A stretch of 64,000 nucleotides of DNA from an uncultured Acidobacteriota bacterium (lineage in GTDB: Bacteria > Acidobacteriota > Thermoanaerobaculia > UBA5066 > Gp7-AA6), in NCBI GenBank assembly GCA_963815655.1, contig CAWFHK010000001.1, positions 3,930,664 to 3,994,663 on the forward strand, written 5' to 3'. Shown in pieces: positions 37,226 through 46,544 of the stretch; position 1 is the first letter of the stretch; every line of letters begins with the position of its first letter. The position numbers and the translations under genes were made by a program. The notes below the pieces were generated by a model. It saw only the letters and a program-made list of their open reading frames with translations. It made no database searches and had not been told where the DNA came from.

Positions 37226-39165
37226 GTCACCGTCTCCACGGCCTTCTCCTCGTCACGCGGCGAGGCGGTCTTCTCTCCGGGCGCCGCGGCGCGCGCGAGC
37301 TCCGGGTAGAGCGTCAGGACCGTCTCCACGACGCCCGCCGCGTCGAGCTTCAGGTTCGCGCGCTGGAGCGCCTGCGGACTGTGCTCCACGAACTGGTCCG
37401 GGATCGCGTGGATCTTCAGCTTCCCGGCCGGAAGGCCGGCCGCGTGGAAGGCCTCGAGGACGCCGCTTCCGAAGCCGCCCGTCGCCAGGTGTTCCTCGAG
37501 CGTCAGGACGCGCGGCGCCATGAGCGCGATCCGGGAGAGAAGGTCCCCGTCCAGCGGCTTGGCGAACCGCGCGTCGGCCACGCCGCAATCGATTCCTCGC
37601 TCCTTCAGCGCGTCGGCGGCGGCGAGGGCCACCGCGACCATCGAGCCGTAGGCGAGCAGGCAGAGGTCCTTCCCTTCGCGGAGGATCTCGCCGCGGCCGA
37701 TCGGGATCTTCTTCAGCTCCGGGTCGAGCTCGACGCCCACGCCGAGCCCGCGCGGGTAACGGATCGTGAAGGGCCCGCCCGATTCGATCGCGGTGAAGAG
37801 CAGGTGCTGCAGCTCGTTCTCGTCCCTGGGCGCCGCGACGACCATGTTCGGAAGGGAGCGGGTGTAGGTGATGTCGAAGATCCCGTGGTGGGTCTTCCCG
37901 TCGTCGCCGACGAGGCCAGCCCGGTCCGCGCAGATCGTCACCGGGAGGTTCTGCAGGCAGACGTCGTGGATCAGCTGGTCGAACGCGCGCTGCAGGAACG
38001 TGGAGTAGATCGCGACGACCGGCTTCCAGCCCGCCTTGGCCATGCCGGCCGCCATGATGACGGCGTGCTCCTCGGCGATGCCGACGTCGTAGACCCGTCC
38101 GGGGAAGCGCTTCTGGACCTCGATCAGGGCCGTCCCTTCGAGCATCGCGGCGCTGATCGCGACGATCTTCTCGTCTTTCTCCATGAGCCGCGAGAGCGTC
38201 TTCGCGAAGACCTGCGAGTAGGTGTAGCGCGCGCCCGGCCCGACGCTCGCCGACGGCGTGCCCGGCTGATGGAACTTGGAAGGGTTGTCCTCGGCGAGCT
38301 TGTAGCCCCGCCCCTTGTGGGTCAGGACGTGAACGACGACCGGCGTGCCTTCCCGCGAGATGTCCTTGACGCTCTTCAAGGACTCGGCGAGCTCCTCGAG
38401 GTTGTGGCCGTCGACCGGGCCGATGTACTGGAGGCCCATCTCCTCCCAGATCAGGTTGGGGAAGAAGAGCCCCTCCACCGAAGTCTTGACCTTGCGGGCG
38501 ATCTTCCACGCCTCTTCCCCGAGCGGCAGCCTGGAGAGGAGCTTCTGGCCCGCTTCCGTCAGCTTCTGGTACTTGGGGTGGAGCATGAACCGGTTGCGCC
38601 AGTGCGCGAGCCAGCCGATGTTCTCGGAGATCGACCAGCCGTTGTCGTTGAAGATGACGACGAGCCTCTTCGGCTTCAGGTGGACGATGTTGTTCAGGGC
38701 CTCGTAGCTCGGCCCCGAGGTCAGGGCGCCGTCCCCCACGACGGCGACGACGTAGGGCTCGCCCGGAGCGTTCTGAAGCGCGACCGCCATCCCGAGCGCG
38801 TAGGAGAGACCCGTCCCCGCGTGTCCGGCCGCGAGCATGTCGTGTGGGCTCTCCGCCGGCTCCGCGAAGCCGGACAGCCCGCCGGGCGTGCGGATCGTCG
38901 CAAACCGGTCCCTCCGGCCCGTGACGAGCTTGTGGGTGTAGCACTGGTTCGACGTGTCCCAGACGATCCGGTCCCTGGGGCTGTCGAAGGCGCGGTGGAG
39001 GGCCAGGGTCAGCTCCACGACGCCGAGATTGGAGGCCAGGTGCCCGCCGGTCCGGGTGATCGTCTCCACGATCATGCCGCGGCATTCCTCCGCCACCTCG
39101 CCCAGCTCCTTGATGCTCAAGGCCTTCAGGTCCTGAGGGCCCTCGATCCCTTTCAGTCGCGACAT
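37216..39165 (-). CDS. dxs: 1-deoxy-D-xylulose-5-phosphate synthase
   Basis: TPP-binding GDG(A)LT...NDN motif, the transketolase-like pyrimidine domain and the C-terminal domain. 649 aa. Confidence 0.9.
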   Translation of the reverse strand: MSRLKGIEGPQDLKALSIKELGEVAEECRGMIVETITRTGGHLASNLGVVELTLALHRAFDSPRDRIVWDTSNQCYTHKLVTGRRDRFATIRTPGGLSGFAEPAESPHDMLAAGHAGTGLSYALGMAVALQNAPGEPYVVAVVGDGALTSGPSYEALNNIVHLKPKRLVVIFNDNGWSISENIGWLAHWRNRFMLHPKYQKLTEAGQKLLSRLPLGEEAWKIARKVKTSVEGLFFPNLIWEEMGLQYIGPVDGHNLEELAESLKSVKDISREGTPVVVHVLTHKGRGYKLAEDNPSKFHQPGTPSASVGPGARYTYSQVFAKTLSRLMEKDEKIVAISAAMLEGTALIEVQKRFPGRVYDVGIAEEHAVIMAAGMAKAGWKPVVAIYSTFLQRAFDQLIHDVCLQNLPVTICADRAGLVGDDGKTHHGIFDITYTRSLPNMVVAAPRDENELQHLLFTAIESGGPFTIRYPRGLGVGVELDPELKKIPIGRGEILREGKDLCLLAYGSMVAVALAAADALKERGIDCGVADARFAKPLDGDLLSRIALMAPRVLTLEEHLATGGFGSGVLEAFHAAGLPAGKLKIHAIPDQFVEHSPQALQRANLKLDAAGVVETVLTLYPELARAAAPGEKTASPRDEEKAVETVTWS

Positions 39166-39383
39166 GGATCTCCTTGCCGTTGCCCGTCCTGGCGCGGGGC
39201 GCGTTCGACGTCCGTACCGTGTCCCGCTCTCGAGCCGATGTGCCTCAAGTTATCGCGCTCCCCTGAATATACCAGCTTGATAGCATTCGGGTTTCAGCCC
39301 GCGAGGAGTCTTGCAATTCCATGGCCGGAGAGGCGATAGTCCCCGGCGCGGGGGAATCGGCGGAGAGGAGGTCCCACAGGGAC

Positions 39384-40295
39384 ATGGAAGCCTTGCGGAT
39401 CGGATCGGACGAACACGCCCGTCTCTTCTGCGGGACGTTCCTGGAGACTCACCGCCCCTTCCGGGCCCGGGACATCGTCTGGCCCGAGCTGGACGAGGAG
39501 AACCTGGCCAGGTTGAAGGGCCTCCCCGTCTGGGACGAGGCGGCGAGGACGGAAGCCGCCACCGCAGTCAAGGTGCAGACCCTCGGGGAAGCCGAGACCG
39601 ACCCGCTCCTGAAGGAAGCCATCGCCCTGCAGGGCTACGAGGAGGGGCGCCACGCGGAGATCATCTCCCTCCTGACGAAGACCTACGGGATCGCCACCGC
39701 TCCCTTCGGAGAGCCGGAGAGGCCGAAGAACCCGACGTGGACCTTCCTGCGCACCGGCTACGGCGAGTGCCTCGATTCCTTCTTCGCCTTCGGCCTCTTC
39801 GACATCGGGCGCAGGAGCGAGTTCTTCCACGCGGACCTGATCGCGCTCTTCGACCAGATCATGCAGGAGGAGGCGAGGCACATCCTCTTCATCGTGAACT
39901 GGGCGGCGTACCTGCGCGCCCGCAGGCCCCTTCCGCTCAAGCCGGTGTTCGACGCGCGGCGGGCCTGGAACATCGCCGCGCAGGCCTTCGACCGCGTGAG
40001 CGGCGCGATGCGAATGGCCGGCGGCGGAAACGGCGGCGGCGGAGAAAACGGTGAAGAGAAGGCGAAGGGGACGCAGAGGGGGTTCACGCTGAAGAGCCAC
40101 TCGGCCTTCGGCGATTTCAAGCTGCGCTCGTTCCTGGAGCTCTGCCTGGCCGAGAACGTGCGGCGCCTCTCGCCCTACGACCCGCGCCTGTTGAGACCCA
40201 CGCTGGTACCGGGGACCGTGCGGCTCCTGGTGAAGCTGCTCCCCCGGGCGAAGCCGGGACGCGGGACTCGGGACGCGAGACTCGAACCGAAGTGA
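39384..40295 (+). CDS. ferritin-like di-iron carboxylate protein
   Basis: ATG with GGAGAGGAGG RBS. Two ExxH motifs (EEGRH, EEARH) in helical context. Gly-rich C-terminal tail. Confidence 0.55.
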   Translation: MEALRIGSDEHARLFCGTFLETHRPFRARDIVWPELDEENLARLKGLPVWDEAARTEAATAVKVQTLGEAETDPLLKEAIALQGYEEGRHAEIISLLTKTYGIATAPFGEPERPKNPTWTFLRTGYGECLDSFFAFGLFDIGRRSEFFHADLIALFDQIMQEEARHILFIVNWAAYLRARRPLPLKPVFDARRAWNIAAQAFDRVSGAMRMAGGGNGGGGENGEEKAKGTQRGFTLKSHSAFGDFKLRSFLELCLAENVRRLSPYDPRLLRPTLVPGTVRLLVKLLPRAKPGRGTRDARLEPK

Positions 40296-40365
40296 TGGTC
40301 CTTCGCTCCAAGAACCCAACCAGGTTTCCCCCTCCGAACCCCGAGTCCCGAGTCCCGAGTCCCGA
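40250..40365. repeat. inverted GGGACTCG / CGAGTCCC octamer arrays spanning the ferritin-like stop and abutting the next start codon
   Basis: CGGGACGCGGGACTCGGGACGCGAGACTCG (40250-40280) and CCGAGTCCCGAGTCCCGAGTCCCGAC (40340-40365) are reverse complements of each other. The second ends 3 nt before the ATG at 40369. Confidence 0.75.
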
Positions 40366-40368
40366 CTG

Positions 40369-41541
40369 ATGGGAAGCGACCTCGTCAGCGCCTGCGTCTT
40401 CTGCGCGGGGATCCTGCTCGGCATGGAGCTGACGCCGCCGCCCGGATACCACGCGGAGGTCGGGTTCTCCTACGCGACGGCGGCGCGCCGGTACGTCATC
40501 GGCCCGGGAAGCGACGACACGTCCGACGTCACGCCCAAGTTCGCGCTCGTGGGGCTGGGCTGGTCGCGGGACGCCGCCGCCGGGCTCGGGGCCGGCACGC
40601 CCGCAGCGGAGTGGAGGGTGCGCGTCGCCCTCGCGCCTTCGCACGACGAGCAGGAGCAGACGCCGTTCGCGGCGACCAACACGACGGCCACCGGCACCGG
40701 CCGTTACGAGAACTTCGCGCTCCTCGCGCGCTACCCGCTCTCGCCGCGCGACTCGCTCGAGGCCGCGTGGAACCGCCGGACGCACAAGGCGACCGACGAG
40801 CTGGACATCGCCCACGAGCGCTTCTTCCTCTCGGAACAGCGCGTCCTCTCGGCCGAGCGCGTGGACGTCGCGGTCGGCTGGAGGCGCCGATGGAAAGGAA
40901 TCGAGGCAGCCCTGTCGGCGCGGTACGCGCGCCCGAGCGGGAGCCAGACGACGTCGGCCACGGACCGGATCTCGGAGGGCCCGATCTACGGAGGAGCGCT
41001 CGAGGCGCGCGCCCGCCGGGGACGGTGGACGCTCTCGGTCCTGGCCGAGCGGGCGAGCGGATCGATCGGCGTGCACGAGCAGAGCCAGCCGGATTTCGCG
41101 CACCGCGATTTCGACGGCACCGCCACCCTCGAGGCGTACCGGATCGGAGCGGGTTACGCGTCGGGCAGCACCGAAGCGTTCCTCCAGGCCACCTACGACC
41201 GCTCGCGCCTCCCCTTCGTGGCGTTCGCGGTCCTGGGCACCGAGGTCTCGGCCCTGGAGGCGGGCTACCACCCCGAGTCCCGCGCGAACCTGGTCTTCTG
41301 GGACCTCACCGTCCGGCACGCGTTCGTGCCGGGGTTCCGGGTGAAGGTCCTCCTGCGCTCTTCGAGCGGCGACGAGACGCTGACGCTGACCGACCCGGCC
41401 GGGGTCCTGCCGGCGCGCCGCCTCGACATCCGCCGCTCCGGAGTCTTCGGCGCCGGCCTCTCCCGCGTCCTCGGCGGCCCGGAGGTGAGCCTGGGCGTCG
41501 GCGCCGAGATCGCCCTCCCTTTCGCAGACCGGGGGCCGTAA
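40369..41541 (+). CDS. hypothetical secreted / outer-membrane-like protein
   Basis: Signal peptide (ACVFCAGILLGMELT). Alternating beta-strand-like pattern with aromatic C-terminal region (IALPFADRGP). Confidence 0.5.
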   Translation: MGSDLVSACVFCAGILLGMELTPPPGYHAEVGFSYATAARRYVIGPGSDDTSDVTPKFALVGLGWSRDAAAGLGAGTPAAEWRVRVALAPSHDEQEQTPFAATNTTATGTGRYENFALLARYPLSPRDSLEAAWNRRTHKATDELDIAHERFFLSEQRVLSAERVDVAVGWRRRWKGIEAALSARYARPSGSQTTSATDRISEGPIYGGALEARARRGRWTLSVLAERASGSIGVHEQSQPDFAHRDFDGTATLEAYRIGAGYASGSTEAFLQATYDRSRLPFVAFAVLGTEVSALEAGYHPESRANLVFWDLTVRHAFVPGFRVKVLLRSSSGDETLTLTDPAGVLPARRLDIRRSGVFGAGLSRVLGGPEVSLGVGAEIALPFADRGP

Positions 41542-41648
41542 GACGTGAGACGTAAGAACGTGAGGCGTGGCGCGGGAAGGGCATTTGGAGCTTCGTTTTG
41601 CGTTTCACGCTTAACGTCTTACGGCTCTGGTGTTAACTTGGTCCAAAG

Positions 41649-43250
41649 ATGAAGTCGCGCCGGCGGATCCTCTGCGTCTTCCCGCGCTACGCGCGGTCGT
41701 TCGGGACGCTGCACCACGCCTACCCGCTCATGCCGCGGGTGCGCGCCTTCATGCCGCCGCAGGGGCTCCTCCTGATCGCGGCGTCGCTGCCGTCGACTTG
41801 GGAGGTCCGGTTCGTGGACGAGAACATGTCGCCGGCGGGACCGGAGGACTTCGCCTGGGCGGACGCGGTCTTCGTGACCGGGATGCACGTGCAGCGCGAC
41901 TGCATCAACGACGTCAACGAGCGGGCGCACGTCGCGGGCAAGGTCACGGCGCTCGGAGGGCCCTCGGTCTCCGCCTCCCCCGAGTGGTATCCGAATTTCG
42001 ACATCCTCCACGTCGGGGAGATGGGCGACGCGACGCGGGCGCTCTATGCCCATCTGGACGAGACCGTCGAGCGGCCGCGAGAACAGCTCCGTTTCACGAC
42101 GGCGGACCGGACGCCGCTGACGGACTTTCCCACCCCCGCCTACCACCTGATCGACATCAAGCACTACTTCCTGGCGAGCGTGCAGTTCTCGAGCGGCTGC
42201 CCCTACCGCTGCGAGTTCTGCGACATCCCGGAGCTTTACGGCCGGAACCCGAGGCTGAAGACGCCCGAGCAGGTCTGCCGCGAGCTCGACGCGATCGTGG
42301 CGGCCGGGCCGCCCGGCGCGATCTACTTCGTGGACGACAACTTCATCGGCAACCAGAAGGCCGCGCTCGACCTGCTGCCGCACCTGGTCGCCTGGCAGCG
42401 CCGCACCGGCTACCGCGTGCGCTTCGCCTGCGAGGCGACGCTGAACATCGCGCAGAACCGAAAGGTCCTGGAGCTCATGAAGGAGGCGTTCTTTCACACC
42501 GTCTTCATCGGCATCGAGACGCCCGACCCGGAGGCGCTGCACGGCATGGTCAAGGACCAGAACCTGCGCCTGCCGATCCTCGAAGCGGTCGCGATCCTGA
42601 ACTCCTACGGCATGGAGGTCGTCTCCGGGATCATCATGGGGCTCGACCAGGACACAGAGCGGACGGCGGACGACATCCTGGCCTTCATCGAGGCGTCGAA
42701 GATCCCGATGCTCACGATCAACCTTCTCTACGCGCTTCCCAGGACGCCGCTCTGGCGCCGCCTGGAGAAGGAGGGGCGCATCCTCTCCGACGGGACCGGC
42801 GGCGAGGAATCGAACGTCCAGTTCCTTCTCCCGCGCGAAGTCGTGCGCGGCAACTGGTTGAAGTGCGTGACGGAATCCTACGAGCCGGAACCCCTTTACC
42901 GGCGCTACCAGCACCAGATCGAGCACACCTACCCGAACCGCTTCGACCCCGGGGCCCTGCGGAGAGTCGAGCGGAGCGACATCGCCAATGGCTTCCGGAT
43001 CCTCGGCCGGATCCTCTGGCGCGTGGGCCTCCGCTCCGACTACCGGAAGGTCTTCTGGCGCATGGCCCGCCCGGCCTTGAAGCGCGGCGATATCGAATCG
43101 GTCATCCATGTCGGCCTGGTGGGCCACCACCTGATCCGGTTCGCCCGTGACTGCGAGGCCGGCGTCGGCGAGTATTCCTTCTACTCCGAGAAGGGCGCCG
43201 CCCGCCCCGGCGCGGCGGCCTCCGCCCGCCCCGCCCGCGCGACCGGCTGA
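41649..43250 (+). CDS. B12-binding radical SAM protein with DUF4070-type C-terminus (candidate hopanoid C-methylase, HpnP/HpnR-like)
   Basis: N-terminal cobalamin-binding region. Radical SAM CxxxCxxC (CPYRCEFC). 533 aa. Divergent from, and adjacent to, the hopanoid cluster. Confidence 0.75.
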   Translation: MKSRRRILCVFPRYARSFGTLHHAYPLMPRVRAFMPPQGLLLIAASLPSTWEVRFVDENMSPAGPEDFAWADAVFVTGMHVQRDCINDVNERAHVAGKVTALGGPSVSASPEWYPNFDILHVGEMGDATRALYAHLDETVERPREQLRFTTADRTPLTDFPTPAYHLIDIKHYFLASVQFSSGCPYRCEFCDIPELYGRNPRLKTPEQVCRELDAIVAAGPPGAIYFVDDNFIGNQKAALDLLPHLVAWQRRTGYRVRFACEATLNIAQNRKVLELMKEAFFHTVFIGIETPDPEALHGMVKDQNLRLPILEAVAILNSYGMEVVSGIIMGLDQDTERTADDILAFIEASKIPMLTINLLYALPRTPLWRRLEKEGRILSDGTGGEESNVQFLLPREVVRGNWLKCVTESYEPEPLYRRYQHQIEHTYPNRFDPGALRRVERSDIANGFRILGRILWRVGLRSDYRKVFWRMARPALKRGDIESVIHVGLVGHHLIRFARDCEAGVGEYSFYSEKGAARPGAAASARPARATG

Positions 43251-43298
43251 GTCTTCCCGGAACGCGGCAGGGCGAGAAACGGGTTACCGGAGGCTAGA

Positions 43299-43604
43299 TC
43301 AGCTCCACTTCTTGCCGAGCGCTTCGAGCCCCGCGCTCTTCAGATCCTCCGGGCTCATGACCGGGTGAAACTCGACGTCGGCGTCGAACTGGAGGAACCA
43401 GGGCTCGGCGATCGCCGGGATCCCCGAGACGTCCTTCAGGTTGACGATCAGGATCGCGGTTCGCCGGCCGTGCATCTCGGTGAAGTAAGCCGACTCGGGC
43501 TTCGTATCTTCCAGGATGCGGTTCATCGTCTGGCCGACCGTCCCCTTGCGGACGGCCTCGTTGAACTTTTCGTGAGGGATCGAGACTTTGAGGAGAATTC
43601 GCAT
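43299..43604 (-). CDS. small conserved hypothetical protein (101 aa)
   Basis: Compact ORF with protein-like composition immediately downstream of the squalene-synthase-like gene. Confidence 0.45.
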   Translation of the reverse strand: MRILLKVSIPHEKFNEAVRKGTVGQTMNRILEDTKPESAYFTEMHGRRTAILIVNLKDVSGIPAIAEPWFLQFDADVEFHPVMSPEDLKSAGLEALGKKWS

Positions 43605-43704
43605 TTCCGCTCCTTATCTTGCTGGAACTCCGATCCTACTCGTTCTCGCCCGGAATGGCAGCTCCCGGGGAAGCGGACGCCGAAGGAAGGCCGGAACCGG
43701 GTGG

Positions 43705-44610
43705 TCAGGGCCGGATCGCGACCGCCGGATCGCCGCGGTCGAGCGCCCGGTCGAGACGCCGGCGGATGGCGAAGAGCTCGAGGCGCGAGACCTTGGAGCC
43801 GGGGCCGCGCTCCTCGACCTTCCGGAGCGTCGCCCAGGCGAGCTCGACGGGGAGGGCGCAGAACTCGACGAGACCGCGCGGGGCGGCGGCGCGCTGCAGG
43901 GCGAGCGTGTACTCGCCGGCGACATGGAGGTCCCGGCGGGCCTTGGCGAAGACGTCCGCGCGGGGGACGCTCCCGGGCAGGAAGCCGCGCCCCTCCGATG
44001 CGTCCACCGAGGCGTCCTTGAGGATGTTGACGAGCTGCAGGGCCTCGCCGAAGGTCGCCGCGCGCGCGCGCAGGTAGGGCGCGACCGGAGCCAGGATGTC
44101 CCGCTTCAGGAGGAACAGATCCGAGAGCATCTCGCCCACGATCCCGGCGACGGCGTAGCAATAGGCGCGCAGCTCTTCGAGGTCTTTCAACGCGAGGACC
44201 CCGGCGTCGGACCGGGCCACGAAGCCGGCCATTCCCGCGGCCGAGCGGGAGACGTGGCCGCGGACGGAGGCGATCGCTTCAGGGTCGAGCGCGAAGAAAG
44301 CCTCGAGAACGAACGGAGTCTCGGCGATCAGCTCGCGGTAGCCGGCGTGGGGCGAGACGCCGGCCCCGGTCCATTTCCCGGCGAGCCGGCGCGCCTCCCC
44401 GAAAGAGAAGTCGCGCAGCAGGTCCTGGAACTCCGCGAGGGCCTCGATCCGCCGCTCGGGCGGCCAGTGGGCGGCGTCCTCGAAGGTGTCGGCGATGCGG
44501 AAGAGAAGGTAGGCGATCATGACCTGCCGCCTCGTCGGCTCGGGGAGCACCGGGATCGAGATCGCGAAGGTGCGGCTCGTCTTCTCCAGCAGCTCTTCGA
44601 GCGTCGTCAT
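43705..44610 (-). CDS. squalene/phytoene synthase family protein (HpnC/HpnD/Sqs-like)
   Basis: Trans-isoprenyl diphosphate synthase head-to-head fold. Asp-rich motif region (YCYAVAGIVGEM) and N-terminal LEKTSRTFAISI. Confidence 0.8.
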   Translation of the reverse strand: MTTLEELLEKTSRTFAISIPVLPEPTRRQVMIAYLLFRIADTFEDAAHWPPERRIEALAEFQDLLRDFSFGEARRLAGKWTGAGVSPHAGYRELIAETPFVLEAFFALDPEAIASVRGHVSRSAAGMAGFVARSDAGVLALKDLEELRAYCYAVAGIVGEMLSDLFLLKRDILAPVAPYLRARAATFGEALQLVNILKDASVDASEGRGFLPGSVPRADVFAKARRDLHVAGEYTLALQRAAAPRGLVEFCALPVELAWATLRKVEERGPGSKVSRLELFAIRRRLDRALDRGDPAVAIRP

Positions 44611-45350
44611 TCGAATCCGTCCTCGAGGAGGCGCCCGAGAAAGAGCGCGAGGCCCTCGCTGCAGTCGAGCACCCGGCGGCGCATCCGGAGGAGGGCGGGG
44701 ATCGTGCGGGGGCGCCGGAGGGCCCTCGCGGCCACCGCGCCCCGGCGGATCCCGCCGTCCTCCCCGACGCTCGCGGCGATCGACTCGGGCAGGGACTCCT
44801 CGGCCCGGTCGCTGATGGAGCGGACGACGAGGTAGGGGATCGAGGCCCGCGCCGCGACCCGCGCCCAGGCCGAGGATTCCATGTCGGCGGCCGCCGGGCC
44901 GCCGGAATCGGCCAGCGCCGCGAGAACCTCCTTCTCCCGCGCCGTGACGGCCGGCCGCTCGACCGTCAGGAGCGTGCCGGCGCGCGCGCCCGCCGCGAGC
45001 GCGCGGGCGAGCAGGCCCTCATCGGGAGCCGCGGCTTCCCTGGAGGAGTCGCGGACATGGCGGGAGGCGAGCAGGTCTCCGATTTCGAGCTCCGCCGAAA
45101 GCGCGGCGGCCACGCCCGCCCCGAGGAGCGCCGCGGGGCGGAGGGCCCCGCAGAGCCGGGCCGACTCGCGCTCGGCATTCCTCGGGCCGGTTCCGGTCGC
45201 CGCGATGGCGACCCGCGCCGCTCCGATCCGCGCGGTGACGTACCCCGCGCCGTCGAAGCGAGCGTCCTCCGCGTGGCGGACGATGGCGTCGAGCTCCTCC
45301 TTCATGGCCGTCACGATGACGATCCTGCGGCCGTTCCTATCCGCGGACAT
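44607..45350 (-). CDS. hpnG: hopanoid-associated phosphorylase/nucleosidase (PNP_UDP_1 fold, HpnG-like)
   Basis: MTA/SAH-nucleosidase-like fold (IVIVTAMKEEL...). Sits between the squalene-synthase-like gene and hpnA. Start at the internal ATG 45350; an alternative start is at 45374. Confidence 0.65.
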   Translation of the reverse strand: MSADRNGRRIVIVTAMKEELDAIVRHAEDARFDGAGYVTARIGAARVAIAATGTGPRNAERESARLCGALRPAALLGAGVAAALSAELEIGDLLASRHVRDSSREAAAPDEGLLARALAAGARAGTLLTVERPAVTAREKEVLAALADSGGPAAADMESSAWARVAARASIPYLVVRSISDRAEESLPESIAASVGEDGGIRRGAVAARALRRPRTIPALLRMRRRVLDCSEGLALFLGRLLEDGFE

Positions 45351-46323
45351 AGCCGTTTTCGCGGAACCAGGCAACCGCGCGGGCGAGGGCCTCCTCGACC
45401 GGCGTCTGCGGTAGCCCCAGCTCCCGCACCGCCTTGCCCGGGTCGAAATACATCCGGTGGCGGGACATCCGAGCGCCCTCGAGCGGCACCCGGGGCGGCT
45501 GCCCGGTCACTCTCGAGGCGAGCGTGCTCACCGCGGCGGCGGCAAGCGGGACCCAGTGCGGCAGGCGGACTCTCGGCGAGGGGATGCCCGTCAGCTTCGA
45601 GAGCGCGTCGAAGATCTCCTTGAGAGTCATGTCGCGGTTTCCGAGGATGTATTTCTCTCCGATCCGTCCCTTCTCCGCGGCGAGGACGTGCCCCTCCGCG
45701 ACGTCCCGCACGTCCACGAGATTCAATCCCGTCTCAACGTAGGCTGGCATCCGGCGGTTCAGGAAGTCCACGATCATCTGCCCGGTGGGCGTCGGCTTGA
45801 TGTCCCTCTCGCCGACCGGCGTCGAGGGATTGACGATGACGACCGGAAGGCCCCTGGCCGCGAACTCCTTCGCGACGCCCTCGGCCTCGTGCTTGCTCTT
45901 CTTGTAATGGCCGATCAGGGTGCGGGGCTCGACCGGAGTCTCTTCGTTTCCGGGCCGGCCGTCGCGCGTCAGGCCCAGGGCGCCGACGCTGCTCGTGTAG
46001 ACGACCTTCTCGGCTCCGATTTCCGCTGCGGCCGCGAGGACGTTGCGGGTCCCCTCGACGTTGGCGGCATAGATCTCGCGGGGGCGCCGCGCCGAGAGCC
46101 GGTAATCCGCGGCGCAGTGATAGACTCGCTGCGCGCCGGCCATCGCCCGCACCAGCGACTCCGGGTCCGTCACGTCGCCCGCCACCACCTCGACCGGCAG
46201 CTCCTCGAGGTTGCTCAGCCGGCTGGAGGATCGGACGAGGCAGCGAACGGTCCGTCCGCGCTTGACGAGCGCCCGCACGACGTGCGCGCCCACGAACCCG
46301 GTGCCGCCGGTGACGAAGTCCAC
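45337..46323 (-). CDS. hpnA: hopanoid-associated NAD-dependent sugar epimerase/dehydratase (HpnA-like)
   Basis: N-terminal GGTGFVG Rossmann motif and YxxxK (YKKSK). 328 aa. Position in the hpn cluster. Confidence 0.75.
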   Translation of the reverse strand: MDFVTGGTGFVGAHVVRALVKRGRTVRCLVRSSSRLSNLEELPVEVVAGDVTDPESLVRAMAGAQRVYHCAADYRLSARRPREIYAANVEGTRNVLAAAAEIGAEKVVYTSSVGALGLTRDGRPGNEETPVEPRTLIGHYKKSKHEAEGVAKEFAARGLPVVIVNPSTPVGERDIKPTPTGQMIVDFLNRRMPAYVETGLNLVDVRDVAEGHVLAAEKGRIGEKYILGNRDMTLKEIFDALSKLTGIPSPRVRLPHWVPLAAAAVSTLASRVTGQPPRVPLEGARMSRHRMYFDPGKAVRELGLPQTPVEEALARAVAWFRENGYVRG

Positions 46324-46329
46324 CTATCC

Positions 46330-46535
46330 CCCCTGTCATTCCGAGGAGCCCCTCCGCTCGTTCTGTCACTCCGAGCGAAGCGAGGAGTCTGCCCTGGTCG
46401 TTTTTGACCGGCTCGGATCAAGATCGGGACAGGCTCCGCGACGAGGAATCTACCTCCGTTGGGCCGCGCCGGAGCAGATCCCTCGCTGCGCTCGGGATGA
46501 CAAAGCGGGGCGGGAGGCTCGGAATGACAGGAACG
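46330..46535. repeat. Hairpin-forming dispersed repeat locus 2
   Basis: TGTCATTCCGAGGAGCC...TGTCACTCCGAGCGAAGCGAGGAGTCTGCC...GGAGCAGATCCCTCGCTGCGCTCGGGATGACA. Same family as 9.0-9.4 kb and 53.2 kb. Lies between hpnA and hpnH. Confidence 0.8.
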
Positions 46536-46544
46536 GTCGGAGAC

